A DNA stretch of 61,875 bases, filler included, from Jimgerdemannia flammicorona (Eukaryota), in NCBI GenBank assembly GCA_003990765.1. It is 3 parts of 3 records of this genome, joined end to end, with 100 filler letters (N's around TTAATTAATTAA, not from the genome) between each part and the next. Parts side by side here need not be neighbours in the genome. Positions count along the whole stretch, not along the records: positions 20,665 to 41,220 come from RBNJ01001652.1; 2 more parts are not named here. One strand, 5' to 3'. Shown here piece after piece: positions 21,066 through 34,583 of this stretch (its first letter is position 1; each line of letters opens with the position of its first letter). Both the position numbers and the translations under genes were made by a program. Under the pieces are notes generated by a model that searched no databases, had not been told where the DNA came from, and worked only from the letters and a program-made list of their open reading frames with translations.

Positions 21066-24000
21066 GATATTTCTTAAGTCAGTTTCGGTGAATGGTGGTG
21101 GGGATTATTGTGCCTGAGGGTTTTCGTAGCCAAAAGGTGGTCCCTTTTATATCTTGCACAAGGTAAGGTCCTTCCCACTTGAGCTCCAGTTTTTGTGACC
21201 ATGAAGCTTCTACCATGTTCTGATATACCAGGACTTTGTCTCCTAGTGTTATAAGAATGTCGCTGATGAGCGGCAGTAGTTGGTGATCCTTCTTGGTGAC
21301 TGCATTGAGCTTTCTGTAGTTGACACAGAGCCTTGGGGCAAATTCTCCAGGTTTGCTTCCTTTTTTCGGGGCTAGTATAACTGGTGAAGACCAGGGGCTG
21401 CTGGCTTCTTTGATGATACTGGCTTCTTCCATCTGCTTGATTTCTTCTCTGAGCCATTCTCGGTAGGCTGGTGGAACAGGTCTTGCCTTCTGATAAATTG
21501 GTTCGGTATCTCCAGTATCTATCTCATAATAGTAGTGTGGGGTCTTTCCCTTGATATTCTTGAAATCTGTGGCAAGGACATCCTTGAATTTGTGGAGTAT
21601 TTTCTTGAGTTTCTCCTTGAGTGGGAATTCGTCTCCAATGGTGTAACTGTGCTTGCTCATGTTTTCCTCCTTCTTATGCTCAAGTTTGGTGATCTTGGTG
21701 CTGGCGAATACTCCTCTTCCTGTAGATCCAAATCCTTTCTTTCCTCTTTTCGTTTCCTCCAGATTCTTGACTTCTATGATCCTTGGTTGTGTGATTGGGA
21801 AGATCAACATCTGTGCCAATCAGTTCTTCTTCTTGACTGGGAATGGAATTGTAGGATTGTGGTTCCTAGCAATGAGTAGAATTTCTCCCATATAGTCTGA
21901 ATCAATGACTCCTCCTTCGATTGTGATTTCGCTTCTAGCCAGGCTGCTTCTTGTCTTGAGAATCCCGACATGATCCTTTGGGATGGTCATCTCCAGTCCA
22001 GTTGCGAGTAGGGTGGTTGTCTGGGGTTCGAGTACAGTTTCTTCTACTGTAGCGATGTCCATTCTGGCTGTGTTTTCTGACTTGTATTCTGGCAAGACTG
22101 CATCAGAGTGGATCTTTCGAATCTTGACCTTGATTTCTTCTTCATCATCACTGTCCTCCAGGAGGGCTGGTGGTTCATCATCTTCCTCCTTCTCTTCTTC
22201 CCTGATCTATTTTTCGAGAGCTTTCTGGCTTCTTTCCTGGTAGATCTTCCTGGTTCCGATGGTGCACTGGTAGCAATCATTGACATGCTCCATACAGTAC
22301 ATCTTGATTCCATGAGGGCAGACTCCTTGTGGGGCATAGCCTTCTGCGATCTTCTTGCACCATTCTTCTTCACTCATCCATCCAACTTTCTTCTTCTTTG
22401 GGGTAGTCACCATATAAGCTTCCTCTTGCTTGCTCTCTTCTTCCTCCATATCGGGCAGGACTCCTTTGTTGATGTTGATGGGAATTCGTATCTTCTGTCC
22501 CCAGTAGGTGATTTGCATCTTCTGGGCATTGAGATCGATTACTGCCTTGGCTTTATGAAGCTATTGATTGCTGATGAGGATGTCATAGTTGGTGGCATTG
22601 GTTACGATTATATCTACTGGGATTGTTGCTCCTTCGATCTTGATGGGAACATCTCGGATCTTTCCCAGAGGTGTGGCTCTTGTGCCATCAGCTGTGACGA
22701 ATACTAGCTTAGTTGCTTCTTCTACATCCCAACCTAGGCAGTCTGCTGCTTTCTTACTGAGGAGACATCCTCCTGCTCCTGTGTCAATGATGGCTTCAAA
22801 GACTCGATCCTCAATTTGGTATGTTGCATAAGCAGAGGTTTTGCGATTGTCCTCACTTTCTTCTCCTGAGTCCTCTTGAACATTATTGGCCTTGGTTATC
22901 TTCCATTCTTATTCCTTGGTTGTTTCGGCAAGTCCAAACCTCATTTGCTGTCTGAATATTGGGATTTCTGCAAGCTGACCAAAGGTTGCATTGACCTTTT
23001 GTTGACTAAGATCCTTGAAGATATCATACTTGAAGGTCTTGGTCTTGCAAAGCTTCTTTTCTTTTTCTCCTTCACTGGCTGGAGTGGTTCCTTGGATGAT
23101 ATCTTGAACTGCTTGCTCCAACTCGATACCCTGGTCCATCTCTTCAGCTTGGCTTTCTGTGTCAGTTTCCATCCACTTTTCCACTGAGTTCTTCTTGGGT
23201 CTTCCTGGCAGTCTCTTGTAGGGTTCTTTGCGAACATCCTTCTTGGTGGTCTGAGCAGAATAGGCCTCCCATTCCTCTTCATCAGATTCTCTGATTTCTT
23301 CAAAGGTGATTGTATTGGCCTGCTCCTTATTTTGTGTGGCATTGCTTGGTTGAGCCTTGTGTTTGGTTTCACTCATACATTCGTAGGAGTAGTGGCCTTC
23401 TTCTCCGCAAGTATAGCAGGTGCCTTTCTTCTTGTCTGAGGTGGCGGTGAACTTCTGGACAGAGTGGCGGTCTCTTTCTCGAATCTCCTTTACCACATCT
23501 CCCAGGTGGGTGGTCATTTCAGCAAACCTTTTGGCAAGTTCCTCCATAGGGTCGCTGTTCTTTTGCTGCTCAGTAGCTTTTGGCTAAGGTGTGTTTTGAT
23601 TGATCATTGTGGTGGGGATCACACTGGTTGCCTTGAGTGCCTCGATTCTGACTCCTATAACTCTCTCCATTATATGGTCTTGTGGGTGTCTGGCTATCCA
23701 GTATCGCTGAGCATAGGTGACCCTCTGTGGCAGATCCAGAATCACTAGTGATGAGCGGATGGCCATGGCTATTTCTAGATGGACTCCTTTTATAAAGGTT
23801 GCTTCAGCTACTTGATCTCGGGTAGCAGCAGCATAATCTGCGAGAATTATCTAATATCGAATTCTGGTATAGAATGTGTTTGGATCCTCACTCATTCCTT
23901 GGCATGTTGTGTTGAGCTGATCCTTCAGGGCTTGCTTGATCTCATCTATGTAATATGTGTTTCGGAGCCAGGTCTTCTGTGCTGTCAGTACAGCATCAGC

Positions 24001-24251
24001 ATCATTTCCTGCATGGGTTGTGGCTGTGAATGCTGCTCTGGCAGGACCTCATAGGCTGAAGGGCATGAGGGCTACTTGCTGTGCTGCTGTCAGAGTCCTT
24101 ACAGTGGCATACTGCTCGAAGTCATCAATGAAGGTGATGATTGATTCATCTGAGGTACATATATCTATGGAATACTGGTGGTCTCATATCCATCTTGTCT
24201 GGGTATTGGAGCTCAGTTTGTATGGTTGTTTGGGTGGTGGTGGTTGTTCAT
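21055..24251 (-). pseudogene. gag-PR-dUTPase-(RT/IN fusion) pseudogene
   Basis: ORF-track fragments 22909-23547, 22207-22518, 21820-22095 and 21079-21819 are colinear. dUTPase motifs RSSLAR, GGVIDSDYMGEI, AQML and RGKKGFGSTG lie at ~21716-22125. Confidence 0.9.
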
Positions 24252-24307
24252 TGTTCAGCTTGAAAGTGAGGAATTCGTCTTGAATCACCAGCCAATGGGT
24301 ACTAAGT

Positions 24308-24766
24308 TGTAACATAGTGGACGCTTACTCTTGAAAGTATGTCGGATTTCTGTATCTTGAAAACTTGACTGTTCTGACTCTCACAGAGTCTCTTGAAGTG
24401 GCAGGGGAGGGTGGGTGAGTTCGAAGTATATCTGCCCACAGGTTTACTAGTTTCTTTGCTATCTCTTTACTTTTGAACTATTTCGATCTGAGGTTTATTC
24501 ACTCGAAGATACTGGGTTATTTATACAAGTTTGCTAGCTATGAGAGAGTGGCTAAGTGATAAATGAGTCATTTGGACTTTGTTGAAATATTTGGACAATG
24601 TCTAAATGCTATACTAAATCGGGGTATTTGATTTGGATAATGTCTAAGAATTTAGACAATGTTAAAATCGAGGACTGCTAACTATAATGCTATACTACTT
24701 TGGGAATGGGTGCAATCAAGTGTCTATTCCCTATTTCCTTCTTCCAAATCTGGCTGTACCATCACA
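24308..24766 (-). repeat. 5' LTR (459 bp, TG...CA) of the deleted Gypsy element
   Basis: The minus strand begins TGTGATGG and ends TTACA, contains GTATAAATA, and is followed by the same acttagt.cccatt leader as at 3918. Confidence 0.75.
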
Positions 24767-26460
24767 ATATATAGCAAAGAAGTTTATCTTATAGATTCTA
24801 ATATAATACAGTATATAATAGCTCACTATATATAGTTCTCTATATGAGAAGTTTGAGTATCTCATACCTATCAAACTAGGTGACAATAATGTTATTTATA
24901 CTCAAAGTAAGGGAAATATTGGTATATATCTATATAGAAAAGTTGATGAACTCTTAGGTATCTTTGTACATATACTATATATTTCAGATATCAGTAAGAA
25001 TCTCTTCTCAATCAGTCAGATAATGGCTTGAGGAGATAAAGAAGTAAATATATAATCAAATAGTATAATGGTAATCAATCTAAGAAATAATAAGGAGTTA
25101 ATATATATATTGAAAAAGAGAAACCTATATATAATTAATGATATATCAAGTAGCATATTATCTACATATTCTACTATAACCAAAGAGAATCTCTAATATA
25201 TATGGTATGAATACTTAGAATATATTGGCAAGATGAGCTTAGAATAAATAATAAGGAGTAAATCTATATAAAGATTACTGAACTATATAACACTAGACTT
25301 TAGATTTTATGATAGATATATAGCAATAAGACTTTATGGCAACTTTCAGGAATATATAAAGCAAGTGATCAGTATTTTCAATATAATATATACAGACATC
25401 TGTAGCCCTATACAAATAGCAAAATACTCCAGAAAGAAGTATTTTATTACTTTTATTGATAATTATACTTGCAAAGCCTATATATACTTCCTTATAGTAA
25501 AGAATGAGATATTCAAGAAATTTTAAGAATTCAAGACAACTGTGGAGAATGAAATGAGATATGAGATATATGAACCCTATGCTCAGATAATGGTAAGAAA
25601 TATATCAACAAAACCTTCAAATACTTTTTGAAGAAGTATGATATTTAATACTCTATAACAGCTCTCTATATATTTAAGCAGAATGGTATAGTAGAGCACT
25701 TTAATTAAATAATAGTAGAGATAGCTTGAATGATGATGAATATAGCTAGTTTACTATATACCTTCTAGACTGAAGTAGTAAATATTGTAGTATATATCTA
25801 AAATTATTATATTTCTTGAGCTTTAAGTAAAGACTCTAGTAGATCTGGCAAATCTGATAATAATAATTAATAATTTAAGAGCAATAGTGATCTTACCCCT
25901 AAAGAATCATGAAGTAGATCTAAGCCAGATATTTCACACCTATGGATATTTGAGAGTGAGGCTTATGTCTTAGATAAGAATAACAATAGAGATAAATTTG
26001 AGCCTAAGATAGATAAGCATATATTCCTTAGATACAATAGAGTGGTATATAGATTATAGAACTTATAGAAATATCATATCATCATCTTATGTAATATTTA
26101 ATTTAAGAAAATTAAGTAGAAAATTCATATAGAAGTTCCTATTCTGACCAATCTAACAGTATAGCTAGTAATAACTATGTCAACTTCAAAGATAAGTAGA
26201 ATCATGTCTACATCAGTATCAGTGCAACCTATACCCATACCAATGAGACTATTAGAGGCAAGAATTATGGAAATTACAGATGAGGACAACAATGAGAATA
26301 TCTCTTTAAAAGACAAGAAAAGTGTAAGTCTAGACTATATAACAAGATCAAAGCAGATTTAGGAGGTTATTAGAATAAGTCTAAGGAATCCTATTATAAC
26401 AAATATCACATAAACTATACTTACAAGTGTACTTACATTACAATGACTGGTAAACCAGTA
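24767..26460 (+). mobile_element. Ty1/Copia relic, protease to integrase part
   Basis: Decayed motifs: WYEYLEY (from WHxRLGH, ~25203), TDICSP (HTDxCGP, ~25393), YFITFIDNYT, QNGIVEHFN, F*TEVVNIVVYI. Confidence 0.75.
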
Positions 26461-29400
26461 AACTATAATATTCAGGTTATAAAAACTTCTAGCAATACTT
26501 ATAATATTATTTTTAAAGAATAGATATTAGAATCATGGCAACCAATAAGTACTTTAAGGTATATGCTGGGCAGGATGGCTCTAGTACATTTGACTAGCAG
26601 TATGTAGGAAGAAGTCATGGCTTAGAGAGAAGCATGCAGGACTTACTGGCTAGAGAACATAGGAGTGGGGGAGATAGGGATGAACTTTGCTGATAAGATG
26701 AAGGGGGAATATCAATCAACTGAATTGGAGAGTTGGCTGAGAAAGGACAAGGAGATAGTGAGGGCTGTGAGATCTGGAGGGGTGGTCTATAGTGGTGAGA
26801 GCAGTAGGGCTAGGGAAGTAGTAGCTAGGAGAAGTAGGACTGCTGATAGTAAGGAGACTGCTAATCTGAAAAAAAAATCTATATACATATGACAGTAGAT
26901 AGTAGATCTGAACAGAGGGTAGATACAAGGTCTGGAAATCTGGCAGATAGTATAATGGAACTAGTGGTAGCACTATTACTTAAGATATCAAGGTTGGAAT
27001 TTGTCATTATATTGTATTTCTGGGGCTTAGCAGTTATAGTATGAATGATTCCAGGACTTCTAGTCCAGAAGGTAAAAGGGGCAGCTTCAGTGAAATTCTT
27101 GAAAGATTTGGAAGGAGTGGAGGTAGGTTTTGAGATAGAGAATATGCTGCTGGAAGCAATAGAAAAGAGAGTGGCAGTTGGGGGGGTGGCAATCTCTATA
27201 GCTCAGTACTTATACTGAGACCTCTAAGTAGTATAGTTGATAGTGGTAGATATATCTATGGTGTCAAAAGAGATGGTCAAGGGGTTGATTGTGGAGGCTA
27301 TTAAGGAGTATAGAGATATTATAGATATTAGATTTCAGGTCTAGAAAGGCATAAAGTTCAGAACAGGGAATATGAATATCAGAGTATGACTGGTAGACAA
27401 GAAAAATATAGAGAAAGCAAGGGACTGGCCAGCAGTCCTCAAATAGGGATCTGTGGAGTACAAGGTCTGGAGAGTAAAAGAGATATCAGAGGAAGAGAAG
27501 GACTTGCTGAAGATATTAGAGGATCTGGCTGGAGCCATTAAGAGGAGATATTTGGCCTGAAAAAAGTTTGAGGCCAAGACAGTAGTGGAGATCATAAATG
27601 ATAAGAAGGTGTGACTAGATTGGATAGCTTGGGAGAGGGTACAGAGAAGGTATATTCAGAAGGATCTATTGGTAAAGTTGGGAGAGAGAGCAAAGGGGAG
27701 GACCATCACTATAGATGTTGGATTGAGAGCAAATATCTGAGCTGAGAAGAAGGGAACAGAGCTAGTGGAGACCCTGGGGGAGAGTGGTGGCTTAGGAGAG
27801 AGTATAGTAGTAGAAGATGAAGAGATGATTAAGAGGGAGCACTCATAGTTTGGGTGTCAGCAGGGGCCAGAGGGGATGACAAACTGTAGGATATGCTAGA
27901 GGAGAATTGAGATGAGTTGGCTAGGATAGATAGTAAGAGAGGGCAGATGAAAGGGGATAAAGAAATAGCTGTAGAAAATACTGGTAAATGTGGTGGCCAT
28001 AGAGCTGGGGGGAGAGAACTTTAGGATACTTAGTGAGAGATACTGGGGAGAAATTCTGCAAGATAAGGAAGTGCTATGGAAACTCCAAGATGAGATTACA
28101 GTGGCTTTACTGGAAGTTGAAATACATTAAGTAGATGATGAAAGAGAGGTGGTACTTTGGGAAATTGTGAATGACTAGGCTGTATATCTGTGGGGCCTGA
28201 GAAAGAGACTGGCAAAGTAGTAGATAGTATGTGAGGAGTATCTGACAGATATAGAAGTCATGGATGGTACAGATTGTCAGAAGATCTTAGAGGCATTGGA
28301 GGCTTAGTAGAGAGAGGCAGATGAGCTTGAGGCAGAAAGGAACCTAGATATTGCTAGTGATATAGTGAGTATGGAATTATAGAGTGAGCTGCTGTTCTTC
28401 AAAAAATCATTATTCAATATGAACAGTATAACTAGAATCTTCTCTTTGAATGTAAAAGACTACAAGGAGTAGTGAGACATAGAAATATCTTCTTCTGGGC
28501 TAGATGCAGACTTGTTCTTGCTATAGAATATTAGATATGATAGAGATTTAAATACTCTAGACTAGATAAAGGAATGGTGAGGTGGGGTTATTTGGCATAG
28601 ATGGGTGGGTATTTTGGTTAGAAAGAATAAGGGAGACATTGGGGACATTGAACATTGGGGGAACAGGGTAGTGTAGGGAGTTTGGAAGAGACCTGGCTAG
28701 AGACCCTTGATGGTTGAGTTGTATTATTGTCTAGTGAAAAGGAGGGAGAGAGTGGAGTAGATTCGAGAGCTATAAGAGTCAGGGGCATTGATGGAGGCAA
28801 GGATTGACTATCTAGATAGAGACTTTAATATAGTATATAATGGAAAGATAGATAGAACTGATGGAGGAAGGAGGATGGCTGATAGGTATAGTAGTATAGA
28901 AGCCTGGAAGGAAGTCAAATGTCTGCATTCATTAGATGATGCTGGGAGGCTTAGATGGGAGATTATAGGGTCTATACTCATTGGATAATGAGGCTGGGCT
29001 CAAGGATTGACTAGATATTGACTGTGGAATGCTGTGGAATTGTCATCTAAAGGTCTTTGGAAATTATTTGGTATCTATATTCAGATCACTGGAGCCTTCT
29101 TGGAGGGGAGTGCTTTGGGGAAAGTGGGGAGGGGCCTGGACATTGGTGCCTAAATACTTTATTGCTAGGAGAGGCTCTCTTGTAGAATACATAGGTGATA
29201 GACATTAGCTCTAAGATTCTTAGCTAGAGAGTAAAGGGGCAGATAATTGGGGATTATTGAGAGAGATTGAAATTAGTTGTGCAATAATACTGGGGGAGGC
29301 AAGAAGAATGGATAGTGCTCAGAGAAGAAAGTGAGTAAGGTGGGCCTCTCAGAGAATAGTAAGGTTGTTGGTATCATAGGCAGATCTGTTGAATGATAGT

Positions 29401-29478
29401 GAGGAGGGGTAATATTCAGGTTACACAATCTTTGGCAACACTTTCAACACAAGTTTCTGGAGAAAAGCTACTAGTATT

Positions 29479-31508
29479 ATGGCAACCAATGAGCATCCGG
29501 AGGTATGTACTGGGCAGGGTGGCCCTGGAGCATTTGAATGGCAGCAAGTGGGGAGAGGCCCCGGCTTGGGGGGAAGTATAAGGGGCCTGCTGGTGGGAGG
29601 CCATGGTGGAGGAGGGGGTAGAGCTGGAGGTCAAGGGTCTGGCAGGGTGAGCTTTGTGGAGAAGATGAAGGGGGGTCGGCAAGGGGCTGGACTGGAGAGC
29701 TGGCTGCGAGGGGGGAAGATACCGGTGAAGGCTGCCAGACAGCAACCTCTTGGGGGTACCTCTCTGGAGGGCCATCGGGGTGGAGCTGGGGGGGTAGCGG
29801 CTGAGGCGGAGACTGCTGATGGGGGTGTGATGGGCGATCTGGAAAAAAATCTAGATGGGACTGCTGATGGTGAGCCAAATGGTGGGAAGAGCATGAGGCC
29901 AGGGGACCTGGCAGATGGTGTAATGGAACTGGTGGTGGCTCCATTACTCAAGAAGTCGATCTTGGTATTCGCAGTCACGCTGTGTTTCCGGGGCTTAGCG
30001 GTGACAGCGAAAATGGTGTTGGGGCTTATCGCTAAGCAGGTGGCTGGAGCGGCTTCGGTGAAGTTCCTGAAGGGACTGGAGGGGGTGGAGGTGGGTTTTG
30101 AGGAGGTCAAACTGCTGGAGGAGGCACTGAGGGTTGGGCTGGTAGTTGGAGAGGTGTGTGTTCCAATGGCAAGGTGTTTGAAATGGGATCCAAGGGTGGT
30201 CCAACTGCTGGTGAAAGGAGTCCCCATGGTGACGGCGATAGAGACAAGGAAGAGAGTGGAGGATGTTATGGCAGAGTATGGCGAGGTGGTGGATATCAGA
30301 TTCAGGGTCTGGGAAGGGACCACACTCAGGACTGGGGATGTGGATGTGAGGATTCGGCTGGCCAGAAAAGAGGCTACTGGGAAGACAAGGGACTGGCCTT
30401 CGGCGATGGTTTGGAGTGCATTCCTATACAAGGTGACATGGGTGAAAGGAAGTGAAGAAGAGGAGGAGAATTTGTTGGAAGCACTGAAGGAGCTGGATGG
30501 GGCTGTGGAATGGCACGCCAAGGCCTGGAAGACTTTCAAGGAGTCGACACACCTGGAGATAGTGGATGGGAAGAGGATTCGAGTAGACAAGGTGCAGTGG
30601 GAAAGAACTCAGGGGCGGAAGAGGCAGAAGAATCTGCTGGCTAAACTGGGGGGTGGACCACTGAAGGATGCGAGCATGAAGACAGATGCAGAAGGGGCCA
30701 GAGCGAGTATCTGGGCTGGTGAGAGGAGTGGGAATGATGGGGCAAAGATAGGGAAGGCAAAGGAGGTGACAATTAGCGACCCATATGCAGATGGCACCTT
30801 GGAGGTTTGGGAGGAAGTCTGGGAGAACTCCCCCACCCCTTCCCCTCTTATCAGGCATGGCCCGGCTTCCAGGAACAAATCTGGGGAGGATGTGACAATG
30901 CTGGGGACCCAGCAGGTGAAATTCAGCATTCCGGAGGTAATGGATGGGGACCAGGTAGTGGCAGCTGGGGAGGAGGAACTGGTGGATGTCCCGGAGGTGT
31001 GAGATGAGAACATGAGTGCTGGAGCTGACACCATGATGCTGGATAGAGGGAGGCCGGTGACCCCTGGTGGAAAGGAGGTGGGAAACCTACTTTGGATGTG
31101 CCGGATGATGAACAACCTGGCGGCAGAAGAGCTGGGGGGGTGGACTTGCATGGGATGGGTGACGAGCACTGGGTGAGAATTTTGCATGAGGAAGGAGTGG
31201 TGATGGTACTGAAGGCAGAAATTCTCGCAGTATATCTGGAGGAGGAAGGGTATGAGGTGGACAAGGAGAGGGAGGCAGAGTTGGCGGTTGTCACTGGGGA
31301 GAAGGCTGAGTACTGTTGGAACAGGCATCATGGGCTGCAGCTTTGGCAGGAGGCTTGCATCGAGTACAGAGAGGAGTTTGAGGAGAAGGCTGATGAGGAG
31401 ATGAATGAGCTGTTGGCTGGACTGGAGGCTCAAAGGGCTGAAGAGGAGGAGGTGATGGCTGAACACAATCTGGACATGGTACAGGAGGAGATGGGCATGG
31501 AGCAGTAG
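29479..31508 (+). pseudogene. LINE ORF1 (~676 codons; one stop at 31000, 1-bp deletion in the G-run at ~31134-31140)
   Basis: The 507-aa ORF contains an RRM-like segment (LLVKGVPM...AEYGEVVDIRF...TGDVDVRIRL). Comparison with the older copy joins 31003-31508 to it, and the terminal TAG is shared by both copies. Confidence 0.75.
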
Positions 31509-31538
31509 GGATTGATTGCGAACAAACTATATTTCATT

Positions 31539-34500
31539 ATGAACAGTACAACTAACATTTTTTCTTTGAATGTGAATGGGCTAAGGGGCACAGTTAGATG
31601 CAGGAACATTTTTATTTGGTTGAAGGGATTGGAGGCCAATCTCTTCCTCTTGCAGGATGTCAGGTGTAAGGATGATTCTGATAGGATGGAATGGACTAAG
31701 GAATGGGGTGGTATGGTGATTTGGAACAGCAAGGTCGGGATTCTGGTTTGGAAAGGCAGAGGGGAGATACAGAATGTGAGGAGCTGGGGGGAGAGACTGG
31801 TCTGGGGTGAGTGGATTCATGCAGGTTGGGAGCCAGTTACAGTTGGCTCCTGTTACTGCCCTGCTGTGTGGGAGGAGCATGTGGATTAGGTGAAAGGGCT
31901 CCTGGAGAGTGGGATCCTTGCTGAAGCTGGGTTGGATATACTTGGAGGCAATTTCAATATGGTTCGGGATGTATGGCTGGATAGAACCAATGGAGAACAG
32001 GGTGCTGAGAGCAGGAGTGGGGGGCTGGCAATGTGGGAGGAGGTCGAAAGGCTAGGAGTGCTAGTGGATACTGGTAGAGAATACTGGGGGGACAGGAGGG
32101 TATATACGCATTGGGCTGGAGGTCTGGGAACAAGGATTGACTGGATTCTGTTGGCCAACTATTGGGGCCGCAACGTTTGGAAGGTGCTAGAGGTAGAATA
32201 GTGTCTGTGGTCAGACCACTGGGGCCTTTTGGGACAGGGGTGTTTTGGGGGAAGTGGTGATGGGCCTGGACATTGGTGCCTGAATTCCTCCTTGTTGGAT
32301 GATGAGTCCTAGTGGGAGGAGTGGGCAAATGACATTCAGATGAAGGTGGTGAATTGGCAGCAAGAAGGGGCCACAATTGGGGTTCGGTGGAGGAGGATGA
32401 AGGAGATGGCCAGGATGTATTGGAGTGAGGCTGGCAGAGTGGCTGGGAGGCAGCAAAGGCAGAGAGTGCATTGGGCTTCTACTAGATTGGCTAGGCTTCT
32501 GGAGGAGTGGGCGAGTCTGGCAGTAGTGGAGAGAGAAGAGGATTGGAGAATAACAAGGGTAAAGATGGAGGTTGGGGAACTACAACAGGTGTTGCGGGAA
32601 GAGGAAGAGTCAAGGGTGCAAGGCCTGGTGGTATGGCTTCATTAGCAGGGGCTGGAGGAAGGGGAGAGGCCTTCTAAGTTTCTTATGAGGACACTTTGAG
32701 CAAGAAGGGTATAGCAGCAGTGGGAAGAGGTACTTGACTCAGATGGTAGACTAGTGCATGGTGTACAGGATATCCTTGGAATGCTGAAGGTGTGATGGAG
32801 TGGATTGTGGAGTGAGGAGGAGGGTGGGGCAGATGCTACAGCCATTGAACAAACATTAGAAGATTGGCACCCTCCGTGAGCTAAGGGATTAGGTGACCTG
32901 GTGATGTCTGTAAAGGAGGATGAGATCCACCAGGTTCTTGCTGCGACAGTCTCAGGTACGGTGCCTGGGGAGGACGGCCTCCCCTGGGACTTCTGGAAGC
33001 GAATGGTTGGAGTCCCGGGCATATTGGGAGAGTTGATGGTACTGTGTGACTCCATATTGCAGTCAGGGAGATGGGTGGGGGAGCAGGATCTTGGGCTGGT
33101 GATACTGCTTTATAAGAACAAAGGCAGGCAAGAGGATTAGAAGAACTGGCAGCCGATAATGTTGCTAGATATAGACAGAAAGTTGGTGACTAAGGTGGTG
33201 GTCGCAAGGCTGCAGAAAGTGGCCCAGCAAATTATAGGAGTTGAGCAGAGGGGCTTCATAGGGGGTCGGCTTATTTGAGATGGCATGGCCTGGGTGCATG
33301 GAGTTATTGAGGGTGCTTGAGCCTGTGGACTGGATGGGCATCTTGTCTTCTTGGACCAGGAGAAGGCTTATGACTGGGTGCAGCGAGTCTGGCTGGTGAA
33401 AGTGTTGGATAGGATTGGGTTTCCAGTCCCATTTCGGGTGGTGATGGTCAGCCTACTGGAAAGGAGTAGGGCTGTGCTCGTGTGTAATGGGCATAGAGGG
33501 GTAGCATTCCCTCTGGGTAGGGGAGTGCCCCAGGGGGACCCACTGTCTCCCATTTTGTATGCACTTTCCTTGGAGCCTCTAATGGACTGAATTTGGCAGA
33601 GGATTGTGGGGCTTTCTATCTATGGAATTGGCTGGAAAGTTGGAGCCTTTGCAGATGACATGGTGGTTGGTTTGGGAGTAACTATGGATGTCAAGGAGCT
33701 CAAGGAGACAGTGGAGTGGTATGAGGAGAACTCTGGGGCAAAGCTGAATTGGCATAAGTGTGAAACAATGGTGTTAGGCAATGGACTGGTGGGCAGAGAG
33801 GTTATTGGAACAATTGTCCCCACCGGAGAGGCGGTGTGGTACTTGGGCATATATCTGTCAGTCTATGGGTCTGTTCTGCCCAGACTGTGGTGGGAGCAGA
33901 GGATTGGAATTTGGGAGGAGGACCTGTGGGGTTGGGGGGGAAGACACTTCTCTCTGGCAGGAAGGATCTCGATTTTGAATGTATCCTGGCTGCCGAAACT
34001 GTGGTATTTGGCTTATCATCTGGACTTTCCAGCCTGGGTGGTGAAGCAATTGGTGAAGGTGACCAAGAGATGGATTTGGGCTAGCAGACAGAGTCAGATT
34101 GGTTGGGAGATGCTGTCCCTACCGGTGGTGAGAGGTGGTCTTGGGCTGGTGGACTTCCCCAAAAGACTACACTGCTTGAGGGCATGGTGGCTTAGGAGGA
34201 CAGTAGAGTTGCATGGAGGGGGTTGGGTTCCCCTGCTGCAGAAGGTATGGGAGAGACAGACATTACCAAGAGGCTTGACTGGTGATCTTCTTTCATTAGT
34301 TGGGCTTCAGAACACTGGGCAACTGCGATATAAAGGCTTCTGGTGGGGGATAGCTGAGGGGGCATACCATATTGGTATTCGCTGGCAAGGGGATGAGGGG
34401 GAGAGGCCTTGGGGCCCGGCGATGTGGAGATGGGATGGCATTCTTCTGGGAGGCATGCCTTTACTGAAGTTCGACATTGGTGATGGAATCGAATGCCAAA

Positions 34501-34583
34501 GGGGACTAGGCCAGGATCTGTGGCCTAGTGGTTGGCAAGGAGTCGGAATTGGGGAGGAGTGGGACTGGCAGGGGGTTGTCTGA
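31539..34583 (+). pseudogene. LINE ORF2: APE endonuclease + reverse transcriptase
   Basis: IFSLNVNGL, FLLQD, GGNFN, RIDWIL, SDH; GERPSKFL, PGEDGLP, DQEKAYDWV, GVPQGDPLSP, FADD, YLGI, GGLGL. Scattered in-frame stops. Confidence 0.93.

Larger units (their letters stand above)
20665..24766 (-). mobile_element. Internally deleted Ty3/Gypsy element with dUTPase (related to 2365-11171), 3' end lost in the gap
   Basis: 5' LTR at 24308-24766. Gag with CYTCGEEGHYSYEC, protease AIIDTGAGG, dUTPase, RT N-terminus fused to the integrase tail, and an extra downstream ORF. Confidence 0.92.
29411..34583 (+). mobile_element. Younger L1/Tx1-type LINE, 5'-complete and 3'-truncated
   Basis: 5' end aatattcaggttac is shared with the other copies; ORF1 plus APE-RT ORF2. 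Confidence 0.92.

Noticed and set aside
29631..31466. Long antisense ORFs (319 aa, 285 aa) in the LINE
   Set aside because: Shadow frames of the G-rich ORF1; Ser/Pro-rich with no motifs.
31092..31508. Separate third ORF between LINE ORF1 and ORF2
   Set aside because: Comparison with the older copy indicates it is the ORF1 C-terminus, displaced by a 1-bp deletion in a G-run.
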